DNA of 64,000 nt from positions 1,178,001 through 1,242,000 of the forward strand of contig NW_027117343.1 in assembly GCF_038025025.1 (NCBI RefSeq), in the 5' to 3' direction. Shown one piece after another: positions 1-13,434 of the stretch. Within the stretch, counting starts at the first letter, position 1. Each line of letters begins with the position of its first letter. A program made the position numbers and the translations under genes. The notes beneath the pieces are model-generated. The model had not been told where the DNA came from and did no database searches. It was given only the letters and a program-made list of their open reading frames with translations. The stretch comes from Phyllosticta citribraziliensis. Its lineage: Eukaryota.

Positions 1-743
1 CCCTTATAAGAATATAGAGAGTGTCGTGTAAGTAAGTTTATCTTACTAATATAAGGGATTCTTATCTAACTAACTATATAGGCGCGCCTTAGTAGTTCTA
101 AAGTATAAGAGTATACTGAGCGCATCTTGGCCTTAGGTAACAGCATGCCTTACTTATATATCATGGTTTCTACTTAGCAATTTAACTACTTATTAGTTAA
201 AACTTAAGCCAGCTTATATAATGCTTTTCTTATCTAGTACACTGAAATTAATAACCCTATTAGCTATACTAAGTATTATGATAATACTAATACTCGCGTA
301 TTTATTAGTTATTACTACCTACCTGGTTTCTTATAGGGCCACTATACTAACTGCCTTTAGGGTATAGGCAACCTTAACTACACTATAAGTGACTTGAAAG
401 GTGCCAAGCCGCCTGCTTATTATAAGAGGCATAAAGATGAAATTTATATAGAGGAGTTCTAGAACTTATACTACTAAGCTAGGTTAGAGGATTAAACTAA
501 TTAGGCTTTAGCTAAGTAGGACATCCTGCCTAATAAGCTAAAGGATCTAGAGGAGACGGTCTTATATAATAACTATTATAATAAGAAGAAGGGAAAAGGA
601 AAGAAGTAAAGGGTAGAAATTAAAGAAGAGGATAGTAGAGAATAAGTAGTAAAAAGGAGAGACTAGAGAGTAGAAGTTAAGATTAATAGTATTTATATAA
701 GAGTAGATAGTAAACTAATTAGTCTACTTTCTATATCTTTATA
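1..743 (+). pseudogene. RIP-degraded Cys-rich (DUF3716-like) gene relic, 5' end outside window, antisense to the element A pol
   Basis: Frame +1 reads NAFLI*YTE...SYTKYY...VFISYYYLPGFL*GHYTNCL*G...NYT, which de-RIPs to NAFLIQ...C-x2-C...F..C...GHCANCLW...DCT; intron-like GTAAGT(28)...CTAAC...TAG(81); 3' end uncertain (645-743). Confidence 0.55.
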
Positions 744-759
744 ATATTTACTATAGGCC

Positions 760-3700
760 TAAGTAACTTGTTTTATTATTACTTTCTATTTTAATCTATA
801 GTTCTTCTTAGAGGAAGGCAGCCTTCTATTTTTCTAGATTTTTTAGTAGTCCTACTATAACAGGGTATAATGAGTAGAATTCTTTAATTTTCTATAGTGT
901 ACTACTAAAAGAACTTGTATTATACTACTAGTCATCTTAGTTATATCTAGTCTATTTAACTTAGTATTAAAGCTTCCTATATAAGACTTAACTAGCTTAA
1001 ATATAGTCTACTTCCTACTTAGGCTTATCTTAAATAATCTTAGGTTTAGGTTTAGTATATTCCTAACTAGGAAGCTGTTCCATTTTGGCCTTATATAGCC
1101 TGTTAGTATAGAAAAGGTTAACTATCTTTATATATAAGGGAAGATTAAGGATGTAGGAGGGTCCTTCTATTCCTATAATCTTAAAAGGTCTAGTATTAGG
1201 GAAGTCTAATTTAAGGTTTAGCTAATTAGTAGACCATCTAGTTTTCTTAATATAGATATAATCTCTAACTATAAAGTCTAGCGCGTGACAGTATTTATTA
1301 GCTTATTAGTATATATACTCTTAGGATTTAAGAATAAGATTCTTTATAAATTTAAAAGCTTCTTATCTTCTCTTTTATAGCATTTATACTACTATATAAG
1401 CCATCTTTTCTAGTTACTAGGGGGTCTCTATTCTTTATTACTAGTTATAGTATATTTAAGGGGAATATCCTAACTTAATCTTAAAAGGTAAAAGTCTAGT
1501 AGCTTTATAGGGAAGTATTACTTGTGCGAGGTCTATTAATAGTAGAAGATCAGACTAATTATTTTAAAAGTAATTAATAAAAGGTCTTAATCTTTATATA
1601 AGATGCTAATTAATAATCTCCATAATACTATTAGTTTAAGAGTAGTAGGATGAGTTAAAATACTACTCTATACTAGTTAGCTTATATAGTTTATTTATAA
1701 ATGCTAAGATGAACTAAGGGCCTTAGTTAGATAGGATAGACTTAGGGTTTCTATAAATATAGTAGATATATTTATAAAAGAGTCTAGAGACTCCTTCAGC
1801 ATTAATCTTCTTTATATAAGGCAAGCTAAAGGTTCTTCAACTTAACTAGTCTATAATAACTAGAATTGTATTATAGCCTTTTTAGTCTTTAGGCATCTCT
1901 TTAAAATCTATAGCTAAGTGTTGCCAGGGTTAAGTAGGAATCTCTAGGGGTTATAGAAGGCCTAGGTCTTTATTATAAAACTCTTTTATTTAGTAATAAA
2001 TATGGCATCCTTACCTATGAATATTAATCATATGATTTATAGCTAGCTAGTAGTAATGTTGCTTAAGGAGTTTTCGCATCTTTATAATACTAGGATGGGT
2101 AGTTATATAGGTAGTATATAAAGTATTAAGTATTCTCACGCGGAGGTTATCGCGATCTAGTATAAAGAGGGTGCTATATTATAATAAAAGACTATCCTTT
2201 AGTTCCTAACTATTTCTTTATTTAAGGTCTTTTAAGAGGGCCTTCTATTTTTAGAGTTCTAATTTAGAATCTTCTTAGTTTATATAGAGAAGTTTATCTA
2301 AAAATAATACTAGAGAAGGAAGTTCTTATTCTAAAATAGAAAGAGGGATAATAGTCTCTAGTAGGATAAGGTATATCTCTTATATAGCCTTTACTTTTTC
2401 TTTTTAAGTCTTTAGGTCTTCTTATTTTTAAGTAAGGTAATTAGCAATGATATTTTCCTTTCCTAGCTAATAGGAGAATCATATATAGAACTCTATAAAA
2501 AACTCAGACTATCTAGCTTATTATTAATTAAGTTGTCATTTAGTAGAGTAGTACTCTAATACCTAATAGTCTGTTATTATGAGAAAAGGTTTTTTAAGGC
2601 TAATAAGTATTAGTCTCTATTCTTCTAGTCTATTCTTAATAGCTAGCAGTTCTTTATTAGATATTCTATAATAAAGTTCTGCATTAGCTATTGCCTTAGA
2701 GTAGAATGCTACTAGTTTCTAATTATATAAAGGTTGTTAGAGCTGCATTAAAACGCCTATAGTAACTCTATTACTTATATTAGTCTCTATATAAGTGTTA
2801 AGAGTAGGGTTATAGTTAGCTAGAAGTACATTACTACATATTAGCTTCTTAAGTTATTAAATTACCTCCTCTTCTAGGGGTCCTAGTTGTTGCTATTTTA
2901 CCTTAGAGTATAGTTTCTCTAATAGCTAGCTAATTTATCTATAGTTAGGGAGAAATTATTAGTAGAAATTATAGAAACCTAGGAAGGATTAAAGAGCCTT
3001 AAGGGTTTTAGGTATTAGCTAGTTATATATAGGTTCTACCTTATCTAGGTCTATTTAAATGCCTTCTATAGAAATAATATATCTAAGGAACTTTATATAA
3101 ATAACTAAAAACTTACTCTTCTTTAAATCTACCTATAGTCCCGCCTTTTATAGTCTTACTAGTACTTTTTTTACTTATTCCTCGTGCTCTGTAGGGTTTT
3201 TAGAGATAATAAGCATATTATCTATAAAAGCTACAATAAAATCGTCTAAATACTTAAAGAGAACCTAATTAATAAAATATTAAAAGGCTACTAGTCTATT
3301 ACTTAATCTAAAAGGTAAGATATAGTATTTAAATAACCTATATCTTATATAGAAAGTGGTTTTATCTTCAGAATCCTTAGTAAGATAGATACAGTAGAAA
3401 GCTTATTAAATATTAAGCTTAGTATAAATCTTGCCCTTTCTAACATACTAAAGCAACTCTATAATAAGAGGGAGGGGGTGCGAATCCTTAGTAGTTTATT
3501 TATTAAGCTATTAGTAGTCTATATAAAATCTCTATCCCCTACTAGGCTTTTTCACTACTAGAATAGGAGAAGCATAGGCAGCAAAGCTTTTAGTAATAAA
3601 GCCTTTCTAAATATTCTTAATAATATACTCTTTTACAGCCTTAAGCTGTTCTAGAGACATTCTATAGAGAGGGCTAGGCGGAAGCTCTAGTAGACCATTA

Positions 3701-6700
3701 TATATAAGAGATATTTTATAATTAACTCCTACACAATATAGTAGTAGCTTATTAGACTCTATTTTAGAAAATATATCTTAAAATTCCTTATAAGCAGCTA
3801 GTAGCTTAGAAGCTAGTAATTCCTTAGTTTCCTTATCTTTAAGAGCCACTTAAACTTATATAAGGTTAATAGTATAGATCTCTATTAGCGCAACTTATAT
3901 TTTATAGATAGAAAGCTTAAAAGTATCTTAAGTTTAAAATTTAATTCCCTTAATAACCTATACTAAGGGAAGAAGGTATTTATTAAAGTTTTTATCTCTA
4001 TAGTCTATATCTACTTAATGTTTTTTCTGCGGTTCATTACTTTATATAGAGATTTTTAGTAGGCATAAAAGATGCTAAAAGGATTAGTTAACTAGTAGCT
4101 ATCTCTAGACTAGTTTATATTATTTATAGTCTAGAAGAACATCATGCTGGTTAAAAAACTATTACCTAAGAATTATGTCATTATAGCCAATATTATAAAT
4201 AAAAGTATAAGTAGAAACCATTTAATCCTAGAAGCAGAGTTAAAGATAAAAGTAAAAATTAACTTTCTTATTTATATATTAGTTAAACCTAGTAATATTA
4301 AGCCCTTTACCTATTATTCTCTTTTTTATAGCACCTATAGACTAGAGAGTCAGTAGTAGCTTAGGGTGAATAAAACTTATACTACTAGTACTAGTATCAG
4401 CTAGGGCATAAATTTCTAAGGCGCGGCTATTAGATATAATTAAGGTTTATACAGTAAAGGGTACACCTCTAATAAAGTAACTAAGATTCATATAAGAACC
4501 CTTAATATATATTACTCTAAGTTTAGACCTATAGTAGGAGACTTTACCTAGGTCTTATTATTTTCTAATAAAGACTAATCTCCTTTATTTATATAGACAT
4601 CTTTAGCACTTTCTTCTTTAACTAACTCTATTACCTTCATCTCAGGTTATAGGCATTATCTCTATAAATAGCCAAACTAGCCGTAGCGATTACATAGTCT
4701 AATCTCTATATAGACTTCTACTTTACCTTCACAGGTTGTATTATGCGAGGGAGCCCTAGATATAAATTATACCTAGATATAACTAGAAGATAAAGTACTT
4801 ATACCACCTAAGGTAGTTATCTTTACTTATTCTTATTATCTCTTCTTTACTTATTCCTTACGCGATGTAAGTATTAGTTTTCTATAGTTAGAACAGTAGT
4901 TACTAAGACTTTAAGTAATAGGGTAGGCTTATTAGAGGTACTTATAAAAGTTAACATCCCTATCTTACTCTATAGTAACTATATAGGTTTAAAGGAGAGG
5001 ATCTATTATATTATAAAAGTCCTCTTTCTACTATTCCTAGGGAAGATCTGCGTCTAAGGCCAATTATATAAAGTTTAATTAAAACTTCTAAAGGTCTATA
5101 GGGATATAGTATATAAGAGAGTATAACTACTTCTTTATATCCTTATATTTATATAGACTCTAAAGGAGGTTATCTAGGAATTTAAAGATATCCTTATCTA
5201 GAGTAACTTTATTAGCCTTTATATAAGAAGTAAGGAAAGGAGTTAGGTGATATAAGACTTCTCTACTAATATAGGAAATAATATAACCTATAATATTCTA
5301 TTTAGTCTCCTCTACTATATCTTTAGTAAAGTAATCGTGGTTTTATTTAATTTTATTTTATATAAGGAGGGTCTAGTATTTATATAAGGGGTCTTCTCTA
5401 TTAGTAAGAAGAGGAGGATTAGGAACCTTACTACTTTAGTATTTCTTACTACTTAAAGATAAAGTAGAGGTTTTAGTAGTAGTTTCCCTTATATAGTTAG
5501 GAGGAGGTCTAAGAGTCCTTATAACTCTACTAGTAGAAGGATCTTAAGAGAGGGTAATAGGTCTTAGGTACTAAGCTAATAAAGAGGGCCTAATATATCC
5601 TTCCCTTAGAACTTCCCTAAGTCTATTAGTATAGTTTAAGAGTATTTACTTAAGAGCCTAGTTTTACCTTTATGCATAGTTTAGTTACTACTATACTTAA
5701 GACTTATTTAAGGATGTAATCTTAGATTTAAATTAATTAATATCTAAGTGTGGTACCTTTATAAACACCTCTATAACTAGAGCTTAAACTGTATAAGTTA
5801 ATCCTAGGTCTTAGGTATATTCTTTTACCTCTGCTGCTAGGACTAAGTAGAAATTATATAGGAGAATAGGGGTAGGTCCTCTCTTATTATTATTTAATAA
5901 GTATCTAGTATTATGTAAATCTTTAGTCCCTTTATGTAAATCTTGTTAAGTTAATTAACTAGTACTAATACCTTTAGTAGTACTAGATATATTAGCTTTA
6001 TTCTTAGCTATACTATCTTTATAGTCTTCTACTTAGAATGTCCCTTAAGTAGGTTATAAATAGGACACCTCCTAAATATTTATATACTACCCTATAGCCT
6101 TAACTAAAGACTTCTATAGTTAATATGTGCTTAATACTCCTTAGTCCTTAGATAATACTGATGCGCCTAATAAAGATAACTTAGGTTTACTAGGGAAAAG
6201 TAATAAGTAGTCTTATATAAGACTATAGCTATATATAATATTACTTAGGTTAAATATTATAACACCTTTATAGGTAAAGAAGTAGGATAGAGCTAAAACT
6301 TAGAATAATCTTTTATATCTATTATAACTTATAGATTTCTTATTATATAGGTAAGGGCTAAAGGTGAACTACTAGAGAATATATATATATCTTAATTAAA
6401 TCTAATAAGTTAAAAGAATAAAATATAAAAGATACTTACTACCTATATATTTCCTAGTCCTTCCTTTATACTATTCTACCTCTTATCCTTTATATAAGGG
6501 TCCTTAGTCATTATTAGGTGAGTTATAAAGGTAAGGTATTAATGGGCTGTTGCGTGGTATCTTCCTAAGGCTGTAGTGGCTGGTGCCAGGCTGTAGTGGC
6601 TGGTACTAGCCTATGGGTTTTAGCCTGAGCTGTGGCAGGCTGCTGCCTGAGGTGAGGCTCGTACTTCCCGTGACCGCGCGACGCCGGGTTTGTCCGTGCT

Positions 6701-6742
6701 GGCCCTGGTGCTTGCGTAGGCGCGTGTACGCCTATCGTGACA
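760..6742 (-). mobile_element. Ty3/Gypsy chromovirus, family A (RIP-inactivated; 3' LTR not in window)
   Basis: Minus-strand order: gag knuckle (~4630-4700), protease ALADT (~4390-4410), RT 'YLDDFIVAFIDNML' (~3210-3255), RNase H, integrase GPF-like motif (~1100-1290), chromodomain 'E*EVD..LQYQVKW.GY' (~850-1020). Confidence 0.9.
6323..6742 (-). repeat. 5' LTR of element A (~420 bp)
   Basis: Plus-strand ends TATAAC (TGTAAC in the related copy at 40605) and GTGACA; right ~200 bp only lightly RIPed. Confidence 0.75.
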
Positions 6743-7062
6743 TAGTTAAGAGTTAGAGGTAACTTATAACTAATAAATAAGTCTTACTAATAGCTAGCTA
6801 GTAGATTAGCTTAGTACTAACTAGAAAGGTATATAAAGAGGCCTTCTAGCCCTCTAAAATAGCTTTCTCTTTAGTAGTAATTTTATTTATTAATTCTTTA
6901 TTAAGGATTATTATTCTACCTCTATATATTTCTTATAACTAAGTATATAATAATTTAGTCTATATTATTATCTATTTAATAGCCTTTAGAAAATAGTCTA
7001 AGGTTATTTAGTTATAGTAGTATAAATTAAAAGGGTCTACTCCCCTTCCTTATACCTCTTAT
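6743..7062 (+). repeat. Fragment of family C LTR, inverted relative to 13708-14039
   Basis: Reverse complement aligns by eye with 13708-14039. Confidence 0.8.
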
Positions 7063-10000
7063 TATAACGCGACGTAGCGCGCGTAGTTTATATTTTATAG
7101 TATCTAGTACTTAGTATTTACTACTTATATATATACTAGCTATTTCTAGTTAGCTAGAGAGTAGATAGTTATTCTATATAGACTATATAATAACTACTCT
7201 TACTCCTTACCTATTAATTATTAGTAGTCTATATTAATTTACTCTACTAGATATTATAATACTATTAATAGGTCTCTTACTACTTATAAGAGGATAAGAC
7301 TTATTATCTATCCCTTACTAATAAGTTTTCTTACTTTAATTATACCCTATAAGGTATTAGGTTAAAATACTATAGTTTTAGATATACTAGAAGTACTAGG
7401 TATTATTATTTTTATAGTTTATAGTCTTAGATAAGGTATATAAGTAAAATTATAGATTAAGAAGGTTCTATTAGTAATAGAGATATAATATCTTATTATA
7501 TTATATAGTTAATAACCTATATAATAGCTAAGAATAGCTAGTTTATTAATAGTATAATACTATTAGCTACTCTTTAAACTATATTAATAGCTAGCTAGTA
7601 GTTAACTACTACTAGCCTATTATCTAGCTAACCTATTACCCCTTAGGGTAATAATAATAATAAATTATCTATTATTACTATACTAATAACTTAGTAGCTC
7701 TAGGAGTAGGTCTTAGGGCTTATATAGGTAATTTATAATAGGGGTAATATACTAGACTATAAGGTCTAATATTAATTTACTAATCCTAAGTATTAGTCTA
7801 GTAATAGTATACTAGATAACTACTATATATAGTATAGTAATATTAAGGATAAGCTACTCTTTAATAGTAGCTAGTATTAGGATAATATAGCTAAAGCTAT
7901 ATATATTTACTCTTACCTAGTTAATAAGGCTACTTTAACTACTATTATTAATAATAATAATAATAATAATAATAAAGATAGTATTAATAACCCTAATATT
8001 ATCTAGACCTTATTAGATAGTTTATATAATATTATAGACTAGTAAAGCTATACTATTACTTAACTTACTATTATAGACTATATTACTAGTACTAGGGTAG
8101 CTTTTAAGATATTATTATATATATTCTATATATTAGTTTAATATATTAGCTAGATTAGCTATATAGCTAAGGATTAGCTAATCTATAAATTATATAAACT
8201 ATTATAATATTACTATTACTAATATTATAAAAGGCTATATAGAGCTATTATATATCTTAGACTAGGCTACTAATATTAGTTAGGCTAAGCTATTATTAAC
8301 CCTATAGATAATAAACTATTATAAGAATACCCTTTATATAGCTATATTAGCTAGACCCTCTTATTAGGCTACTCCTATTAAAGATACTACTAGTAGTATT
8401 AAATAAGAGTATACTATTATACTAAAAGATTATAGCTATTAGTATTATAGTAGTTAAAAGTACTAGATTAAGGACTATCTATATAGTAAGCCTATATATT
8501 ATTAGCTAATTTATACCTATTTAGCTACTAGTATAAAGGAGGTTACTAAAGAGTTTATAGATATAGTTAAGGACCTAGGTATTATTATTATTAATAAAGG
8601 TAATATTATAGACTTAGATAAGTTATTAGAAAATAAGTAGCCTCCTATAAAACTACTATAGAAGATAATACCTATAAGATAGCTATTAGTTATTTAATAT
8701 AATTAGGGAATAGAGTTTTTAGTCCTTCTTATTATTCTTATACTATATATATCTATATATATCCTAATATACTACTATAGCCTATCTATATCCTTATTAA
8801 CTCTAGTTATACTAGTAGCTTATATATAAATTAGTCCCTTAAGTATAAACTTATTACTACTAGTACTTAGAAGTAATAGTTATATAAGCCCTAGACTATT
8901 AGTAACTATATATATAACTAGACCTAATATCTTACCTATAAACTTATTACTAACTTATTATTTAGCTTAGAATATAGGGATAATTCTATACTTTTTAATT
9001 TATAGGCTTCTATAATAATTACCTAGATTAGTCCTTTATATAATTTATTTATTAGCTTAGAGTATATATACTAGTTTAGTTTTATACTAGATCTAGGATA
9101 TATATTATTAAAGATTAGTAGAGTAAAGTTAGGTAGGTTATATTAGTATAGTACTAATTTATAAAATAAGTTTTTAGTTAAATATTAGGATATTTTAATA
9201 TAGTCTTAAATAACCTTTAAGCTAATTAAATCCTTACTATCTATTTAAATATTATCTTAGATATTATAAACTAGTATAGCCTATTTATATATATTTACTA
9301 CTAATATACTACTACCTATAACTATAATTATAACTCCCCCCTAGACTAGTAGCTAGTTATTTAATAACTATACCTTACTATTATTACTATCTATAAATAA
9401 TACTACCTTATCCCTACTATAGCCTACTACTATAACTCCTATTAAGATCTTATATTATAGCTAATCTCTTAATAATAACCCTCTAATCTCTTCCCTATAA
9501 GTTAGTATTAAATAAGTTAGCTAGCTATACTAGTTAATATATTATAAGCTAGGCCTAATAAGGGAGCTCTCTTAGTTATAATACTACTATTAAGTATTTA
9601 AGGATATTTCTATTATTAAGGAGATTATAAGTTAGTTTAATAAATAGAGCTATTCTTAGATAAGCTTATTAGCTAATATAGTATTAATTATAGCTTTTAA
9701 TATAGTCCTACTCTAATACTAGCTTAGCCCTAAGGTCTACTCTATCTATATCTTTACTCCTATTAATAACTTAGAGTATACTAAACTTTACTTATTAGAG
9801 CCTATCTAATAAGCTTTTAGTACTAGTAGTAATAAACCTTACCTCTATTATACTATCCCTTATAAGTATTATAATCTTTTAGATATATTCTATAATACTA
9901 ACCCTCTTCCTTATACCTATCTATAGACTAATTTCTATATAGAACTAAAGGATAATACTAAACCTAAAGACCTTAGCTATATACTATTCTAATATACTAA

Positions 10001-11919
10001 TAATATCTATTTAGCTAAGATTAAGTAGTATATATAGGAGGGTATTAATCTTAGTATACTAGAGCCTAATAAGATAGGTATAGCCTTACCTATTTTACTT
10101 ATAACTAAGCCTAATAGTAGTATTTATTTCTATATTAACTATTAGAAGCTTAATAAACTTATAAAAAAGGACTACTATCCCCTCCTATTACTAGATAAGA
10201 TAATTAGCTAGATATAAGGTACTAAGTATATTATTAAGCTTAATATTAAATAAGCCTTCTACTATATATATATATTATAGACTAATAGACTAAAGACCTA
10301 CTTATATTCTAGACCTACTATAGTACCTATAAGTACTTAGTTATACCCTTTAGTATAGCTAATAGCCCTAGTACCTAGTAATAGCTAATTAATAAGTATT
10401 TATTCTACTATCTTAGTAAGTATACTACTATATATCTTAATAATATCCTTATCTATAGCTAAATACTTATAGATTACTAATAATATATCTAGGAGGTCCT
10501 TATATAACTATAAGAGTATAGTTTATAAGTTAATATTAATAAGTATAAGTTCTATATCTAGGAAACCTAGTTTTTAGATATTATTATCTCTACTAATAGT
10601 ATCTATATAGGCCTATCTAAGATTAATATAATTATATCTTAGGAGTATCCTATAATAGTAAAATAAGTTTAGTCCTTTCTTAGTACTACTAATTTATACT
10701 AGTAATTTATTAAGGACTATAGTAAAACTACTAGGCTATTAATATAGCTAATATATAAGGGTACTAATTAGTAATAGACTAATACTAAATAATAGTTATT
10801 TAATAGTCTTAAATATACCCTTATAATAGTACTAGTCCTTACCTACTTTAATCTAGCTTATAAGATAGTTATAGAAATAGACTTATCTAATTAAACTAAT
10901 AGTAGCCTTCTCTCCTAGTATAATAATAAATAATAGCTTTACCCTATTATATACTACTCTAAAACTATAGTACTAGCTAAGCTTAATTATACTATCTATA
11001 ATAAGGAGCTCCTAGCTATTATTTATATCTTAGAGTTATAGAAGCCTAATCTTAAGGCCTATTAAATACTATTTATAGTATTTATAGATTACTAGATATT
11101 ATAGTATTTTACTATAATTAAATACCTAACTTATTATTAAGCCTATTAGGTAGAACTCCTCTTAGAATATAACTTTAAGATTATATATTACCTTAGCTAT
11201 ACTAATATTAAGGCTAATATACTTACTTATTATCCTTAGGATACCCCTACTACTAATAACCCCTAATAATAAATATAATACTAAACCCTACTCCTAGCTA
11301 ATAAGCTCTTAGCTAGTATATATAAGGACTAAGAGCTAGCCTAGTAGATAATAATAATAATAATATATTTATACTCTATTAGTTACTTATAGCTAATACT
11401 ATAGATAATATTAAGATAAATAATTAGAGGTATTATACTAGTAAGCTAGACTTACTATTTACTATTAATAGGTAGTAAAATATCTTTATAGATAGCTACC
11501 TTATTATACCTACTAAACTCTAGCTACTTCTTATATATTATATCTATAAATAGCTACTAACTAACTATCTAGACTAAACTTAGCTATATAACCTCTTAGT
11601 ACTATAATTTTAGTTTTCTTATCTTATCTTACTTATATCCTAAATTATAGATAACTATCTAAATTATATCTATATTTATAAAGCTTATCTAATTATTTTA
11701 GGCTACCTTTAGCTACTACCTATTCTATTATAGCTATAATAGTATATTATTATAGACTTTATTAGCCTACTATTATATAGTAAGGATATAGATACTATTC
11801 TAATTATTTATAACTATTTTAGTAAAGTATACTACTTTATTACTATAAATATTATTAATAATAGGACTATAGCTAAAGCTATAGCTTATATACTTATAGA
11901 CTATATCTTTACTATATAT
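7063..11919 (+). mobile_element. Ty3/Gypsy family B copy, 3'-truncated within the integrase; 199-bp 5' LTR at 7063-7261
   Basis: RT 'YLNNILIYS' (=YLDDILIYS, ~10430), RNase H 'NKELLAI' (~11000); inverted homologue of 35010-39866. Confidence 0.9.
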
Positions 11920-12137
11920 TATAGGTTGGCTAAAAACCTATAATTATATTAAATACTACTTAGTATTAAGTACTAGGTATACCTATACTATAACTACTAG
12001 CTATAGCTATAAGCTATATATACTAAAGTTACCTAACTCCTTAAGAGCTATAGCTACTTAGATAATTTAACCCTAGTACCTATATATATAATACTAATAT
12101 AATAATAGAAATAAGAATAGAACCTCTTATACCTATA
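11920..12137. repeat. Putative short LTR (solo or fragment) of another family
   Basis: Terminal inverted TATAGGT...ACCTATA (de-RIP TGTAGGT...ACCTACA) at the point where B is interrupted; no matching TSD. Confidence 0.4.
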
Positions 12138-12290
12138 GTAGGGACTTAACTAAGTAGTTAGTTTTAAGAAATATATTATTATTAATAAGCTAGTAAAACT
12201 ACTATATAATATAGGGTTAAGATAAGGTCTTATTCTCTTATAGTACCTACCTTCCTTCTATTATAATTCCTAAGGTAAGTTAGGTAATAG

Positions 12291-13434
12291 TGTAGGTAGG
12301 ACTAGCTACTTACTAATATACTTACTTAGCCAGCTAAAATACTAGTATTAGAAGAGGTATAAGAGATAGTAACTAGTAGTAAATAAGTAGGCCCTATAGG
12401 ATAGGAATAAAATAACTACTAAACTAACTAAAATAAGCTACTATCTAGCCGTTGCTTTATTATCTAAGTAGTATAAGACTTAGGTATAAGTAATAAGTAT
12501 AAATAAATAAATAACTAAGTATTTAGTTAATAATAGTTTAACTAAGTACTAATAACTTTATTTATATAAGTAGTACCTCTTAATAAGTAGCTATAAAAGG
12601 GGGTATATAACTAGCTAATCTACTATTAAAAATACTAATAATATAAAACCTCTTATTACTACCTAAGATACTAGGTTTACTTATACTTTTATTAGCTATT
12701 ATTATTACTATTAAACTATATAGAACTATATCTTCCTAGTATTCTAGAGCTACCTATAGTCTTATTTTCTTACTAGCCTAAGCTTCTACTTATATCTAAG
12801 CTAAAACTATAGCTAAGAATAAGAATAATAATTACTAAAAGTAACCCTTAAAAGCTATAAAAACTATACTAGCTAGTAGTATTATATATAGGGGGGTACT
12901 CCTTATTTTACTATCCCCTAGTAAGTAAGAAGAAATAAGGATAAAAGATAAGAGAGAGAGTATAAGCTATAGTTTATAGGAGGCTAGATTAGAGTAGCTA
13001 ATTAGTATACTACTTACCTAGGTTATATATACTCCTATAAATAGGGCTAGTAGGTAAGATATTATCCTAGTCCTTATCCTTACTATACTTATTATAGTAC
13101 TAGATACCTATAGCTTTAATAGTATCCTTATTAGTTAGTAGAGGCTTATTAGGAGTAGGCCTAGTAATATTATTATCCTTATAGTAGAAGTAGGACTTCT
13201 TACTAAAGGTATACTTCTCCTCTTTAATAAAGACTAGGAATAGCTTATTATAGGTATTAATTATATCTAGCTCTATATTATAGAAATAGCTAGCTAGTAC
13301 CTTAGAATTACTAGCTATATCTATAACCTTCTTAACTTCCTTTATAACTAATAGGGAGTCCTAGTAATAAGAGTAGACTAAGGTATTACTAATTAGATTA
13401 ATACTAACTACCTCTACTAATACTAGAAACTTAT
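12291..13434 (-). mobile_element. Partial family F copy (3' LTR plus the end of ORF3)
   Basis: Direct homologue of 19849-20991. Confidence 0.88.

Noticed and set aside
4144..4356. 70-aa ORF in the AT block
   Set aside because: Antisense to the element A protease region; a chance open frame
7948..7975. (AAT)n microsatellite, also at ~38955-38980
   Set aside because: Probably RIP-converted Asp/Asn codon run inside the family B gag
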